DNA of 42,265 nucleotides from Patescibacteria group bacterium (GTDB lineage: Bacteria; Patescibacteriota; Patescibacteriia; Patescibacteriales; Patescibacteriaceae). The notes beneath the pieces are model-generated. The model saw only the letters and a program-made list of their open reading frames with translations. It did not search any database and was not told the DNA's origin. The translations under genes and the position numbers were made by a program. Positions 28,027 through 36,108 of this stretch are shown here, piece by piece. Numbering within the stretch: position 1 is the stretch's first letter; the number at the start of each line of letters is the position of its first letter. The DNA is taken from NCBI GenBank assembly GCA_022705845.1, contig JAKJDQ010000001.1, positions 1 through 42,265 of the forward strand, written 5' to 3'.

Positions 28027-29541
28027 ATGAATTATATTATCGGATTAGTCGCCATTATCATTGGTCTAATATTGGGTTATTGGCTTCAACGCCAACTAGC
28101 TATTAAAAAGGCAGCCAATGCTGAGCATAAAGCCGAAAACATTATTGACGAGGCCAAGGCTAAGGAAAAAGATATTCTTCTTAAGGCACAAGATAAAGCT
28201 CTTAAACTAATTGAAGATGCTAAACAAGAAAATGATGCCCGCCGTAAGGAAATCACCGCCTGGCAAAATCGTTTAGAAAAACGGGAGACAGCCTTCTCTC
28301 AAAAAATTCTTGAATTACAAGACAAGCAGCAGGAGCTTTATGATAAAATTGCCGAAGTAGAAACAACCAAAGAAAAAATTAATCAACTTAAAGAAGAGGA
28401 GTTGGTTAAATTAGAAGAAATTGCCAAGTTAAACACAGAAGAAGCTAAAAAACTACTATTAGAAAGAGTAGAAAAAGAAGCTTCGGATAGCCTCATGTCT
28501 AGGCTTAATAAACTAAACGATGAAGCTAGCGAGCAAATTGAAGAAAAATCCAAAAACTTAATGGCCACCGCCATGGAACGTCTAGCTTCTACTTTTACTG
28601 CGGAAATGACCACAACAGTGGTAGACCTCCCAAATGATGAAATGAAGGGCAGGATTATTGGACGTGAGGGTCGTAATATAAAAGCCATTGAACAACTGAC
28701 TGGAGTAGAAATTATTGTAGATGACACCCCTAATGCTATTACCATCTCTGGCTTTTCCGGTATTAGACGACAAATTGCTAAACGAGCCTTAGATTATTTA
28801 ATTAAGGATGGACGCATTCATCCTACTAAAATTGAAGACGCCATTGAAAGAGCTAAACAAGAGCTAGCTCTAGACATTAAAAAGGCTGGTGAAGATGCAC
28901 TTTATGAATTAGGCATCACCGGATTTGATACTAAATTAGTCCAAATTATTGGCCGACTGAAATATCGTACTAGCTACGGCCAAAATGCCTTAAAACATAG
29001 CGTCGAAGTGGCTCACTTGTCAGGACTTCTAGCTGAAGAGTTAGGGGCCAATGCGGCTTTAGCTAAAAAGGCTGGATTACTACATGATATCGGTAAAGCA
29101 GTCGATCATGAAGTAAAAGGCACTCACCCGCAAATTGGTGGAGATATTGCCCGCAAATTCAGCCTATCTCAAGAAATTATTGACCCAATTGAGACCCACC
29201 ATGATGACCATCCAAAAGGATTAATGTCGGTTATAGTAAAAGTAGCAGATGCTATTTCATCTTCTAGACCAGGAGCGCGTAATGATAGCCTAGATCAATA
29301 TATCCAACGGCTAGAAGAATTAGAAAAAATTGCTAACAGCTTTGAGGGCGTTGATCGATCTTATGCAATTCAGGCTGGTCGGGAAATTCGAATTTTTGTT
29401 CAACCAGAAGAGGTCAATGACCTATCAGCTCATGAATTGGCGGTGCAAATAGCTAACAAAATTGAGCAAGAGCTAAAATACCCTGGTGAAATAAAAATTA
29501 ATGTTATAAGAGAATTAAGAGTCATTGAATACGCGCGCTAA
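28027..29541 (+). CDS. rny: Ribonuclease Y
   Basis: 504 aa: N-terminal TM helix, long Lys/Glu coiled coil, KH domain (GRIIGREGRNI.A.E..TGV..I.DDTP) and HD domain (LLHDIGKA...H). Confidence 0.94.
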   Translation: MNYIIGLVAIIIGLILGYWLQRQLAIKKAANAEHKAENIIDEAKAKEKDILLKAQDKALKLIEDAKQENDARRKEITAWQNRLEKRETAFSQKILELQDKQQELYDKIAEVETTKEKINQLKEEELVKLEEIAKLNTEEAKKLLLERVEKEASDSLMSRLNKLNDEASEQIEEKSKNLMATAMERLASTFTAEMTTTVVDLPNDEMKGRIIGREGRNIKAIEQLTGVEIIVDDTPNAITISGFSGIRRQIAKRALDYLIKDGRIHPTKIEDAIERAKQELALDIKKAGEDALYELGITGFDTKLVQIIGRLKYRTSYGQNALKHSVEVAHLSGLLAEELGANAALAKKAGLLHDIGKAVDHEVKGTHPQIGGDIARKFSLSQEIIDPIETHHDDHPKGLMSVIVKVADAISSSRPGARNDSLDQYIQRLEELEKIANSFEGVDRSYAIQAGREIRIFVQPEEVNDLSAHELAVQIANKIEQELKYPGEIKINVIRELRVIEYAR

Positions 29542-29545
29542 AAAC

Positions 29546-31438
29546 ATGTCTATAAAAAAAATATTCAACAAGATAAAAAGACAGACAGACAACGATCATC
29601 CAGTCAGTCAACACGTACTTGATCAAGAAATTGTTTTTCGTCTATCTAAGGGGCGCTTACCAGGCCGCCGACAATGGCATTATCTACCTAAATTTTTATC
29701 TAAGAAAGAAAAAATTCTCATTATAATTTGTCTTTTTATTATTCTGGCCAGTTTGGGTCTCCTATCATATAATTACTATCAAAAGCACTGTGAAAAAATT
29801 CCTCAAAGTGGAGGATATTATGTAGAAGGTCTTATTGGAACTCCTCGCTATATTAACCCCCTGTATTCATCTTTTAACCAAACTGACCGCGATTTAGCGC
29901 GACTCACTTACTCCAGTTTATTTACTCGTGACCCCCAGGGTAACCTTATCAATGATTTAGCTGATAGTTATGAAATCAGCGCTGATCATCTCACCTACAC
30001 TGTCAAGCTAAAAGACAATGTCAAATGGAGTAATGGACAAAATTTAACAGCTAAAGACGTCGTCTTCACTTATACAGCCATTATGGATCCAGCCTATGGT
30101 TCTCCACTGCGTAATTCTTTTAATGGACTAGGAATAGATAAAATTGACGACCTCACTATTAAATTTACTTTAAGTCAGCCATATAACGCCTTTCTTGATT
30201 TACTCACTGTTGGTATTATACCTAGTGAATTATGGGGACAAATTCCTGCTACCAGTGCCACTCTCGCTGAATTAAACCTAAAACCAATTGGCAGCGGCCC
30301 TTATCAGTTCAAATCTCTAACTAAAGACAGCGCTGGTAATATAAAATCCTACGAGCTAACCATTAATCCCTATTATTTCGGACAACATCCCTACATCCCT
30401 AAATTAACTTTTAAGTTTTATGATAATTACGAAGAGTTAGCAGCTGCCTTAGAGGACGGTTCTATTGATGGAACAGCTTATTTACCCCAAAAAACCGCCG
30501 AAGAATTAATAACTACCAGGCGTTACAACCTTAAATATCTCGGCACTTCTCAACTAGTAGCTATCTTCATTAATAGTGAGGATAAAGTTCTAAAAGATAA
30601 GAATATCCGGCAGGCTCTAGCCCTATCTATTGACAAAAATAAAATTTTACTAGACAATAATAACTTAATTGGGCATCTAGCCACCGGGCCAATATTAAAC
30701 CATAACCCATACTATGATAAAACCATAGCAAGTATTAGTTATAATCCTACCGAAGCCCAAAAAATTCTAACCGATAATGGTTGGAGCTTAAAGACTATTA
30801 CGCCCGAAGATGTGTCTGCCGCTCAGCAAAAATTACAAGACAATCAAGGAGACCAAAATGAAGCTAAGACTATTGTTGATTTAGGCCCTGGTCAGTGGTT
30901 ACAAAAAAATAATCAATACCTTACCTTTAATTTTACAGTGGTTAACGAACCGGATTATCTGGCGATGGCCCAACAAATTGGCCTTGCATGGCAAAAGCTT
31001 GGTATTAAAATTTATCTAGATATCGTTGACCCTAAAAATATTAATGATCAAATTATTCGCCGAAAAAATTATTCTCTCCTGCTTTATGGCCAAAATTTAG
31101 GCTCAGAAAATGATTTAACCACCTTCTGGCACTCCACGCAAAGCGGTCCCAACGGTCTTAATTTAAGTAATTATCGTAATGAACAAGTAGATAAAAGTCT
31201 GGAGATTTTAAGAACATCAGCTGATGAAGAAGCTAAAAAGAAAGCAGCCCAAACCCTACAACAACAAATTACCAATGATTTAGCGGCTATTTTTCTCTAT
31301 AACCCCACCTATCTTTATATTCAAAATAAAAAAATCAAGGGGTTTGCTATGGAGGTTATAATTGAACCAGCTGACCGATTTAATCAAATTAATGAATGGT
31401 ATATAAAGACAAAAATTAAGTGGCAAAAATCTCACTAA
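29546..31438 (+). CDS. Extracellular solute-binding protein, family 5 (peptide/nickel-type ABC SBP) with N-terminal TM anchor
   Basis: About 630 aa with a TM anchor (ILIIICLFIILASLGLL) and an SBP_bac_5-like core (A.SYE.S.D..TYT..L+.NVKWS.G..LTA.DV.F). ATG at 29546, 4 nt after the rny stop. Confidence 0.8.
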   Translation: MSIKKIFNKIKRQTDNDHPVSQHVLDQEIVFRLSKGRLPGRRQWHYLPKFLSKKEKILIIICLFIILASLGLLSYNYYQKHCEKIPQSGGYYVEGLIGTPRYINPLYSSFNQTDRDLARLTYSSLFTRDPQGNLINDLADSYEISADHLTYTVKLKDNVKWSNGQNLTAKDVVFTYTAIMDPAYGSPLRNSFNGLGIDKIDDLTIKFTLSQPYNAFLDLLTVGIIPSELWGQIPATSATLAELNLKPIGSGPYQFKSLTKDSAGNIKSYELTINPYYFGQHPYIPKLTFKFYDNYEELAAALEDGSIDGTAYLPQKTAEELITTRRYNLKYLGTSQLVAIFINSEDKVLKDKNIRQALALSIDKNKILLDNNNLIGHLATGPILNHNPYYDKTIASISYNPTEAQKILTDNGWSLKTITPEDVSAAQQKLQDNQGDQNEAKTIVDLGPGQWLQKNNQYLTFNFTVVNEPDYLAMAQQIGLAWQKLGIKIYLDIVDPKNINDQIIRRKNYSLLLYGQNLGSENDLTTFWHSTQSGPNGLNLSNYRNEQVDKSLEILRTSADEEAKKKAAQTLQQQITNDLAAIFLYNPTYLYIQNKKIKGFAMEVIIEPADRFNQINEWYIKTKIKWQKSH

Positions 31439-31525
31439 GCCCAAGTGGCGGAATTGGTAGACGCGCAACGTTCAGGTCGTTGTGTTCGTAAGAACGTGGA
31501 GGTTCAAATCCTCTCTTGGGCACCA
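31439..31525 (+). tRNA. tRNA-Leu (anticodon CAG), class II long variable arm, CCA encoded
   Basis: Acceptor gcccaag/cttgggc, anticodon stem caacg/cgttg with loop tt-CAG-gt, variable arm tgttcg-taa-gaacg, T arm ggagg-ttcaaat-cctct, aCCA. Starts on the nucleotide after the SBP stop codon. Confidence 0.9.
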
Positions 31526-31575
31526 AGATAAACTCTTTTATTATTTAATTAGGCCAAATAAATGGCACAATCATT

Positions 31576-33393
31576 ATGATGACAAAATACCAAACCAGAA
31601 ACTATGTTAGCCGTCCAGCTAACAAATCTTACAGCTCCTCTAGAAAAACTAGACGGACTAGCAATTATTCAAAAACATTAAGTTCTACTAGATCAGAAAG
31701 TAATAAACTAAAAATTATCGTTCTTGGTGGTTTAGAAGAAGTCGGCCGCAATATGACTTTATTAGAATATAACCGAGAAATAATTATTATTGACATGGGC
31801 CTTCAATTTCCAGAAGAAGATATGTTGGGAATAGACTACATTATCCCTAATACCGATTATTTAGTTGGCAAAGAAGATTGGATTAAGGGCATTATTATTA
31901 CTCATGGGCACTATGACCATATTGGAGCTATTCCTCATTTACTAGGTAAACTTAAAAATCCCCCTATGTTTATGGGTCGGCTAACCGCTGGGCTGGTAGA
32001 AAAAAAGATTAAAGAACAGCCCCAGTGCCCTAAAGCCGCCATTACCATAATTGACGAAAATAAAGCTATCCAATTAGGCAAAAACTTTAATATTGAATTT
32101 CTAAGAATGAATCACTCTATTCCAGATTGTTTTGCCCCAATTATTCATACCCCGCTAGGGACTATTATGCATACTGGCGATTTCAAAATTGATTATTCTC
32201 CAGTTAATGATAAACCAGCCGACCTCCAACATATTGCCCAATTTGGCAGCCAAGGAATTCTTATGTTAATGTCTGACTCTACCGACTCAACTCATCCTGG
32301 CTACCAAATTTCTGAATCCAGTATTGGCGATGAAATGGGCCGGCTTTTTGAGAAAATTGAAGGCCGCATTATCATTTGTACATTTGCTTCTCAAATTAGC
32401 CGTATTCAAGAAATATTCTCTCTGGCTGAAAAATTCGGCCGCCGTATTTATGTCCAAGGCCGCAGTATGAATGATAATATTGAAATAGCTAAACAAATTG
32501 GCTATATGAAATTTAATTCTCAGACTATTATTCAAGAAAATGAAATACGCCACATGCCAGACAATAAAACAATCGTCTTGGGTACTGGGGCCCAGGGGGA
32601 AAATAACGCTTTTCTAATGAGGGTGGTTAACAATGAACATCGCAGCATCCGTCTTAAGCCGGGAGATACAGTTATTTTTTCTTCATCGGTTATTCCTGGC
32701 AATGAACGCAGTATCCAAAATCTTAAGGATCAAATTGCTCGACAGGGAGGTAGGGTTATTCATTATGAAATGTTAGATGTCCATGCCGGGGGTCACGCCA
32801 AACAAGAAGATCTAAAACTCATGATGCGCCTCCTGAAACCTAAATATTTCATGCCTATTGAGGGTAGCCATTATATGTTACAAGCCCACGCTGAACTGGC
32901 TCAACAAGTAGGTATTCCTACCAACAAAATCTTTGTGCCTGATAATGGCCAGATAACTACCTTTGAACAACGTGGCCATGAAATTATTGGAGAATTAACT
33001 AAAGAAAAAGTGGTAACTGATTATGTTATGGTTGATGGCCTGGGGGTAGGTGATGTGTCAGATATTGTTTTAAGGGACCGCAAAACTATGGCTGAAGATG
33101 GCATGATTGTGGTTATTGCCACCATTGATTCCAAAACTGGCGATCCTATTGGCAATCCAGATATTATCTCCCGTGGCTTTATTTATATGAAAGATAACAA
33201 AGATTTAATTCAAGATACTAGAATGCGGGTCAAAAAAATTATTAAAGAAACCGACCCTTTACTACTAACAAGCACTAGAGGCTTGGGCGAAGACGACCAA
33301 TTAAAAAATAAAATTAGGGCTGACGTCAGTCAATTCTTATTTAATAAAACTAAAAGGCGGCCAATGGTTCTGCCAGTTGTCATTAAAGTCTAA
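31576..33393 (+). CDS. rnj: Ribonuclease J (MBL/beta-CASP) with a basic Ser/Arg-rich N-terminal extension
   Basis: 605 aa with LGGL.E.G.NM...EY....I.IDMG, the metal motif ITHGHYDHIGA, beta-CASP motifs and HASGHA-like HAGGHAKQED. The first ~45 aa are low-complexity S/R/K/T. Confidence 0.93.
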   Translation: MMTKYQTRNYVSRPANKSYSSSRKTRRTSNYSKTLSSTRSESNKLKIIVLGGLEEVGRNMTLLEYNREIIIIDMGLQFPEEDMLGIDYIIPNTDYLVGKEDWIKGIIITHGHYDHIGAIPHLLGKLKNPPMFMGRLTAGLVEKKIKEQPQCPKAAITIIDENKAIQLGKNFNIEFLRMNHSIPDCFAPIIHTPLGTIMHTGDFKIDYSPVNDKPADLQHIAQFGSQGILMLMSDSTDSTHPGYQISESSIGDEMGRLFEKIEGRIIICTFASQISRIQEIFSLAEKFGRRIYVQGRSMNDNIEIAKQIGYMKFNSQTIIQENEIRHMPDNKTIVLGTGAQGENNAFLMRVVNNEHRSIRLKPGDTVIFSSSVIPGNERSIQNLKDQIARQGGRVIHYEMLDVHAGGHAKQEDLKLMMRLLKPKYFMPIEGSHYMLQAHAELAQQVGIPTNKIFVPDNGQITTFEQRGHEIIGELTKEKVVTDYVMVDGLGVGDVSDIVLRDRKTMAEDGMIVVIATIDSKTGDPIGNPDIISRGFIYMKDNKDLIQDTRMRVKKIIKETDPLLLTSTRGLGEDDQLKNKIRADVSQFLFNKTKRRPMVLPVVIKV

Positions 33394-33404
33394 GATTTTC
33401 TGGA

Positions 33405-33445
33405 CTAAAAAACAAAAACGCCCTAAAATGGGCGCCTTCGTTTGT
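33405..33445 (-). terminator. Rho-independent terminator (best on the minus strand, possibly bidirectional)
   Basis: Hairpin cgccc-taaaat-gggcg (33419-33434). The minus-strand reading is followed by tttttgtttttt, and the plus-strand reading by ccttcgtttg. Confidence 0.55.
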
Positions 33446-33506
33446 AAAACTTTGACAATAAAGCTTTAATAATTAAAGTATAACAAAAATAGATATAAAG
33501 GTCAAA

Positions 33507-33836
33507 TTATCTGTTATCTCCACTGCCATGAAGCTGGCCTCTCTCCTGACGAGATAATAGTTTGTCTAGATTATTCTGAGCAATTTTCTCTAAGTCTAAC
33601 CCTAATTCAGTTGCTAACTGAGCTAAATACCACAAAACATCACCTAACTCTTTGGCTATGGCTTCACGCTGTTCTTCGCTCACTGCTCCATCTCCATCAC
33701 GAAAAATTTTTTTAATCTTTTCAGCCACTTCACCACTTTCACCTACCAAACCTAAAGTAGGATAGACAAAACCCTTTTCCACCACCGGATAAACTGCGGT
33801 TCTCCGGCTTTTTGTTTGATACTCTTTAAATTCCAT
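33507..33836 (-). CDS. Small MazG-like nucleoside triphosphate pyrophosphohydrolase
   Basis: 109 aa with LGL.GE.GE.AE..KK and ELGDVLWYLA.LA, the EExxE/D metal-binding helices of all-alpha NTP-PPases. Confidence 0.75.
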   Translation of the reverse strand: MEFKEYQTKSRRTAVYPVVEKGFVYPTLGLVGESGEVAEKIKKIFRDGDGAVSEEQREAIAKELGDVLWYLAQLATELGLDLEKIAQNNLDKLLSRQERGQLHGSGDNR

Positions 33837-33840
33837 AAGT

Positions 33841-34326
33841 TTATGTTATTATGGCCGTTGCTCCAACGGTCAAGATAGTTACAATAATACCGGCAGCAAT
33901 AACACCGCCAAAAATTGGCCAAAAAGCTTTTTTTAAAGGAAAACCAAACAACCACGCGGCAATAGAGCCAGTCCAGGCGCCAGTACCAGGCAAAGGAATG
34001 GCTACAAACATAAACAAAGCAATAAGACCATACTTTTCTAATTTTTGCCAAGTTTTCCGACGGGTACGCTTAAAAATTGACTCTAAAATCTTTTTAAAAA
34101 AAGGAGAGTGTTTTTCTGCAAGCTCTACCAATTTATTAAGTCCTAAAATAATAAAAACAATAGGAATGCTGTTGCCAACAATAGCTAAAATTAAAGCTGT
34201 AAGTGGAGGCACATGCCAGACAGTAATAGCTAAAGGAATAGTCGCTCGTAACTCAGTTATTGGTATAGCTGAATAAATCAAAGTAAGCAGTTCCTTTGAC
34301 CCAATAAGTTCTTGTAAAAACTCCAT
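33841..34326 (-). CDS. Small membrane protein, putative small multidrug export family (COG2426-like)
   Basis: 161 aa with about 4 TM helices and an N-terminal IPITELRATIPLA motif reminiscent of the Sm_multidrug_ex family. Recognised from memory, moderate certainty. Confidence 0.55.
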   Translation of the reverse strand: MEFLQELIGSKELLTLIYSAIPITELRATIPLAITVWHVPPLTALILAIVGNSIPIVFIILGLNKLVELAEKHSPFFKKILESIFKRTRRKTWQKLEKYGLIALFMFVAIPLPGTGAWTGSIAAWLFGFPLKKAFWPIFGGVIAAGIIVTILTVGATAIIT

Positions 34327-34338
34327 ATCATTTTTTGT

Positions 34339-34836
34339 CTAATATGACGCCCTGAGCTTAGAAGCTAACTCTTGAAGGTGTTTTGGATCAGCTAGGGGAC
34401 CGCTAGCCGAAGACAGCCAACCTTCATAAGTGGAAAACCATTGTGCTGGCCCAGAAGAATAAGACCGCCATTTACCCTCCTTTAAATGTCCAGTCCCATG
34501 CATTGGAATAAGCTTGAGATGAGCGTGATTAATACCCATGCCCTCCATAATAACCCCGACTCGCCCAACATCGGCATAATAATTTTTAAGAATCTGAGCT
34601 ACCTGTTTAGTAGCTACCATGAACCTGCACAATACTTCATCGGGCATGGCCAGTACATCGCTGTCATAATGTTTTTTAGGAATAACACAAGAAAACCCTT
34701 CAGTATTAGGGTCAATGGCTAAAAAAGCCATAAAATCACTATCTTCCCAGAAAATACCGGGAGTAGTTAACTGACCAGTGGCTATATCACAAAATAAACA
34801 GGAGCTATTATTTTCTTTTTGGGAGTGATTAGTCAT
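34339..34836 (-). CDS. HIT-family (histidine triad) hydrolase/transferase, variant triad
   Basis: 165 aa with CLFC.I and a triad region that reads GINHAHLKLIP (H-x-H-x-K instead of H-x-H-x-H). Confidence 0.7.
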   Translation of the reverse strand: MTNHSQKENNSSCLFCDIATGQLTTPGIFWEDSDFMAFLAIDPNTEGFSCVIPKKHYDSDVLAMPDEVLCRFMVATKQVAQILKNYYADVGRVGVIMEGMGINHAHLKLIPMHGTGHLKEGKWRSYSSGPAQWFSTYEGWLSSASGPLADPKHLQELASKLRASY

Positions 34837-34887
34837 ACTATTAATTTAAATTAAGATACACTAAATTCAGTTTAACTAATATTAGCC

Positions 34888-35658
34888 CTAATTATTGTTT
34901 CCTTTTTGGCAGGCACCGGTATAAAAATCATCAGCTAGACAGGAAGAGCCATCCTCAAAAGTACAAACAGCATCAGGAACGGCAAGAGTATGGCCACCAG
35001 ACCAAGCACAAAATTTTTGAGCTCCAGTATTATAACCGGTAGTTTTAACTCCACCAATAGGACAATCGCCACGGAACATCGCCCATTCCTCGCAGGCTCG
35101 ATTATCGTCAAAATAACATAGTCCGTATTGGCTATTATCCGGCCGTGAAGCTATCTCCAATTGCCCTCCTTTTTCTTGGCAATAAAGACTGGCTGGATTA
35201 GCCACAGTAGCTACATCAGGAGTTGTAGTGGTTATTGGCTCTTCACTGGCGATACAATCCTTTAAGGTAGTCGTGCCATTTTCTTCAATAAAAGCCTCGT
35301 TACCTTTATTCCAAAAGACAAACATTTCATTTTCGGTAGCATAACGCGCTCCATCAGCAGATAAGGCCTGGGGCACACGAAGTAAACGTCCATCGGGTAG
35401 GGATAAATCAACAAAACTATTTTCTTCATTATGAAAAACTGCATTGATTACCTCACCACCTGGACAAATGAAGGTGGCATGAATTAGAGCTGTACTATTG
35501 CCTGTCTCTTCAGGAGCTGATGAACTAACTATCTCGGTAGAAGATGAAGTGGTAGAAACCAGTGGAGCGCTAACTGGACGACTAAAAATTAATAAAACAA
35601 TAACAATTAGCAATATAGCGATAATTAGCCAAATGATAGTTTTTTTGTTAGAAGTCAT
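34888..35658 (-). CDS. Secreted/anchored protein with an MliC-like domain followed by DUF333 (COG3042)-like Cys-rich repeats
   Basis: N-terminal TM/signal segment. The MliC-like core is F.CPGGE.I.A.F.N......L.L.DGR...L.QA.SADGARY.......FW.KG.EA......G....C. It is followed by NPAS.YC...GG.......D....G.C.F.D...CEEWA..RG.C and a second weaker copy. Confidence 0.6.
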   Translation of the reverse strand: MTSNKKTIIWLIIAILLIVIVLLIFSRPVSAPLVSTTSSSTEIVSSSAPEETGNSTALIHATFICPGGEVINAVFHNEENSFVDLSLPDGRLLRVPQALSADGARYATENEMFVFWNKGNEAFIEENGTTTLKDCIASEEPITTTTPDVATVANPASLYCQEKGGQLEIASRPDNSQYGLCYFDDNRACEEWAMFRGDCPIGGVKTTGYNTGAQKFCAWSGGHTLAVPDAVCTFEDGSSCLADDFYTGACQKGNNN

Positions 35659-35858
35659 AAAATTATAAATAAAGTTTGGTCGTTTTCAAAATTTTTAATA
35701 TCTTCTTCAATCTTGGTGATTTTTTGTATCGCCTTATCTAAGACAGACTTTTTATAGGCTTGTAATTTTGTATTATGTCTTGCGTCAGCATTAATAACCT
35801 TTGATTTTATTGGAGGATTTGCTTTATTAATACCCCCCAAAATATTGTTTTTACTCAT
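35655..35858 (-). CDS. Hypothetical small protein (67 aa)
   Basis: ORF whose stop overlaps the start of the MliC/DUF333 gene by 4 nt (atga), suggesting translational coupling. No recognisable family. Confidence 0.4.
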   Translation of the reverse strand: MSKNNILGGINKANPPIKSKVINADARHNTKLQAYKKSVLDKAIQKITKIEEDIKNFENDQTLFIIL

Positions 35859-35871
35859 AAAATAATTAGTT

Positions 35872-36033
35872 TTATAATAATGAAATTAGCGGTGTATTTT
35901 GGGCGAAATCCGAACTTTTTTGACGAAAATTCAGATTGCGACTTTTAATTGCCACCCTGTCTGCCTTCGGTGGACAACAGGCGGGTAAAAATTCATTGGT
36001 GGGGACGACACTCAGCCTCCATTCTTTTTGCTT
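35872..36033. other. GC-rich, apparently structured non-coding block (candidate ncRNA or leader of unknown family)
   Basis: No credible ORF. Hand count for 35941-36080 gives 68 G+C in 140 nt (about 49%), against about 27% in a 60-nt sample of the adjacent res gene. An imperfect stem tgtctgc/gtggaca closes on a cttcg loop (35958-35976), and there are several alternative CCACC/GGTGG pairings. Confidence 0.3.
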
Positions 36034-36080
36034 GCTTGTTCCTTGGCTTTGCCAAAAACTTTTCAGAAGGCGACGGGCTA
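36034..36080. repeat. Left arm of a 47-nt imperfect inverted repeat bracketing the R-M cassette
   Basis: The reverse complement of 36034-36080 is tagcccgtcgccttctgaaaagtttttggcaaagccaaggaacaagc. It matches 41812-41858 at 42/47 positions, with the first 21 identical. The inner end lies 28 nt from the res stop. Confidence 0.85.
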
Positions 36081-36108
36081 CAAAATGAAAATGAGAGAAA
36101 TTCATATT

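Noticed and set aside
31436-31439. tRNA-Leu begins on the nucleotide after the SBP stop codon
   Set aside because: This is consistent with general genome compaction. There is no evidence of overlap, read-through or special function.
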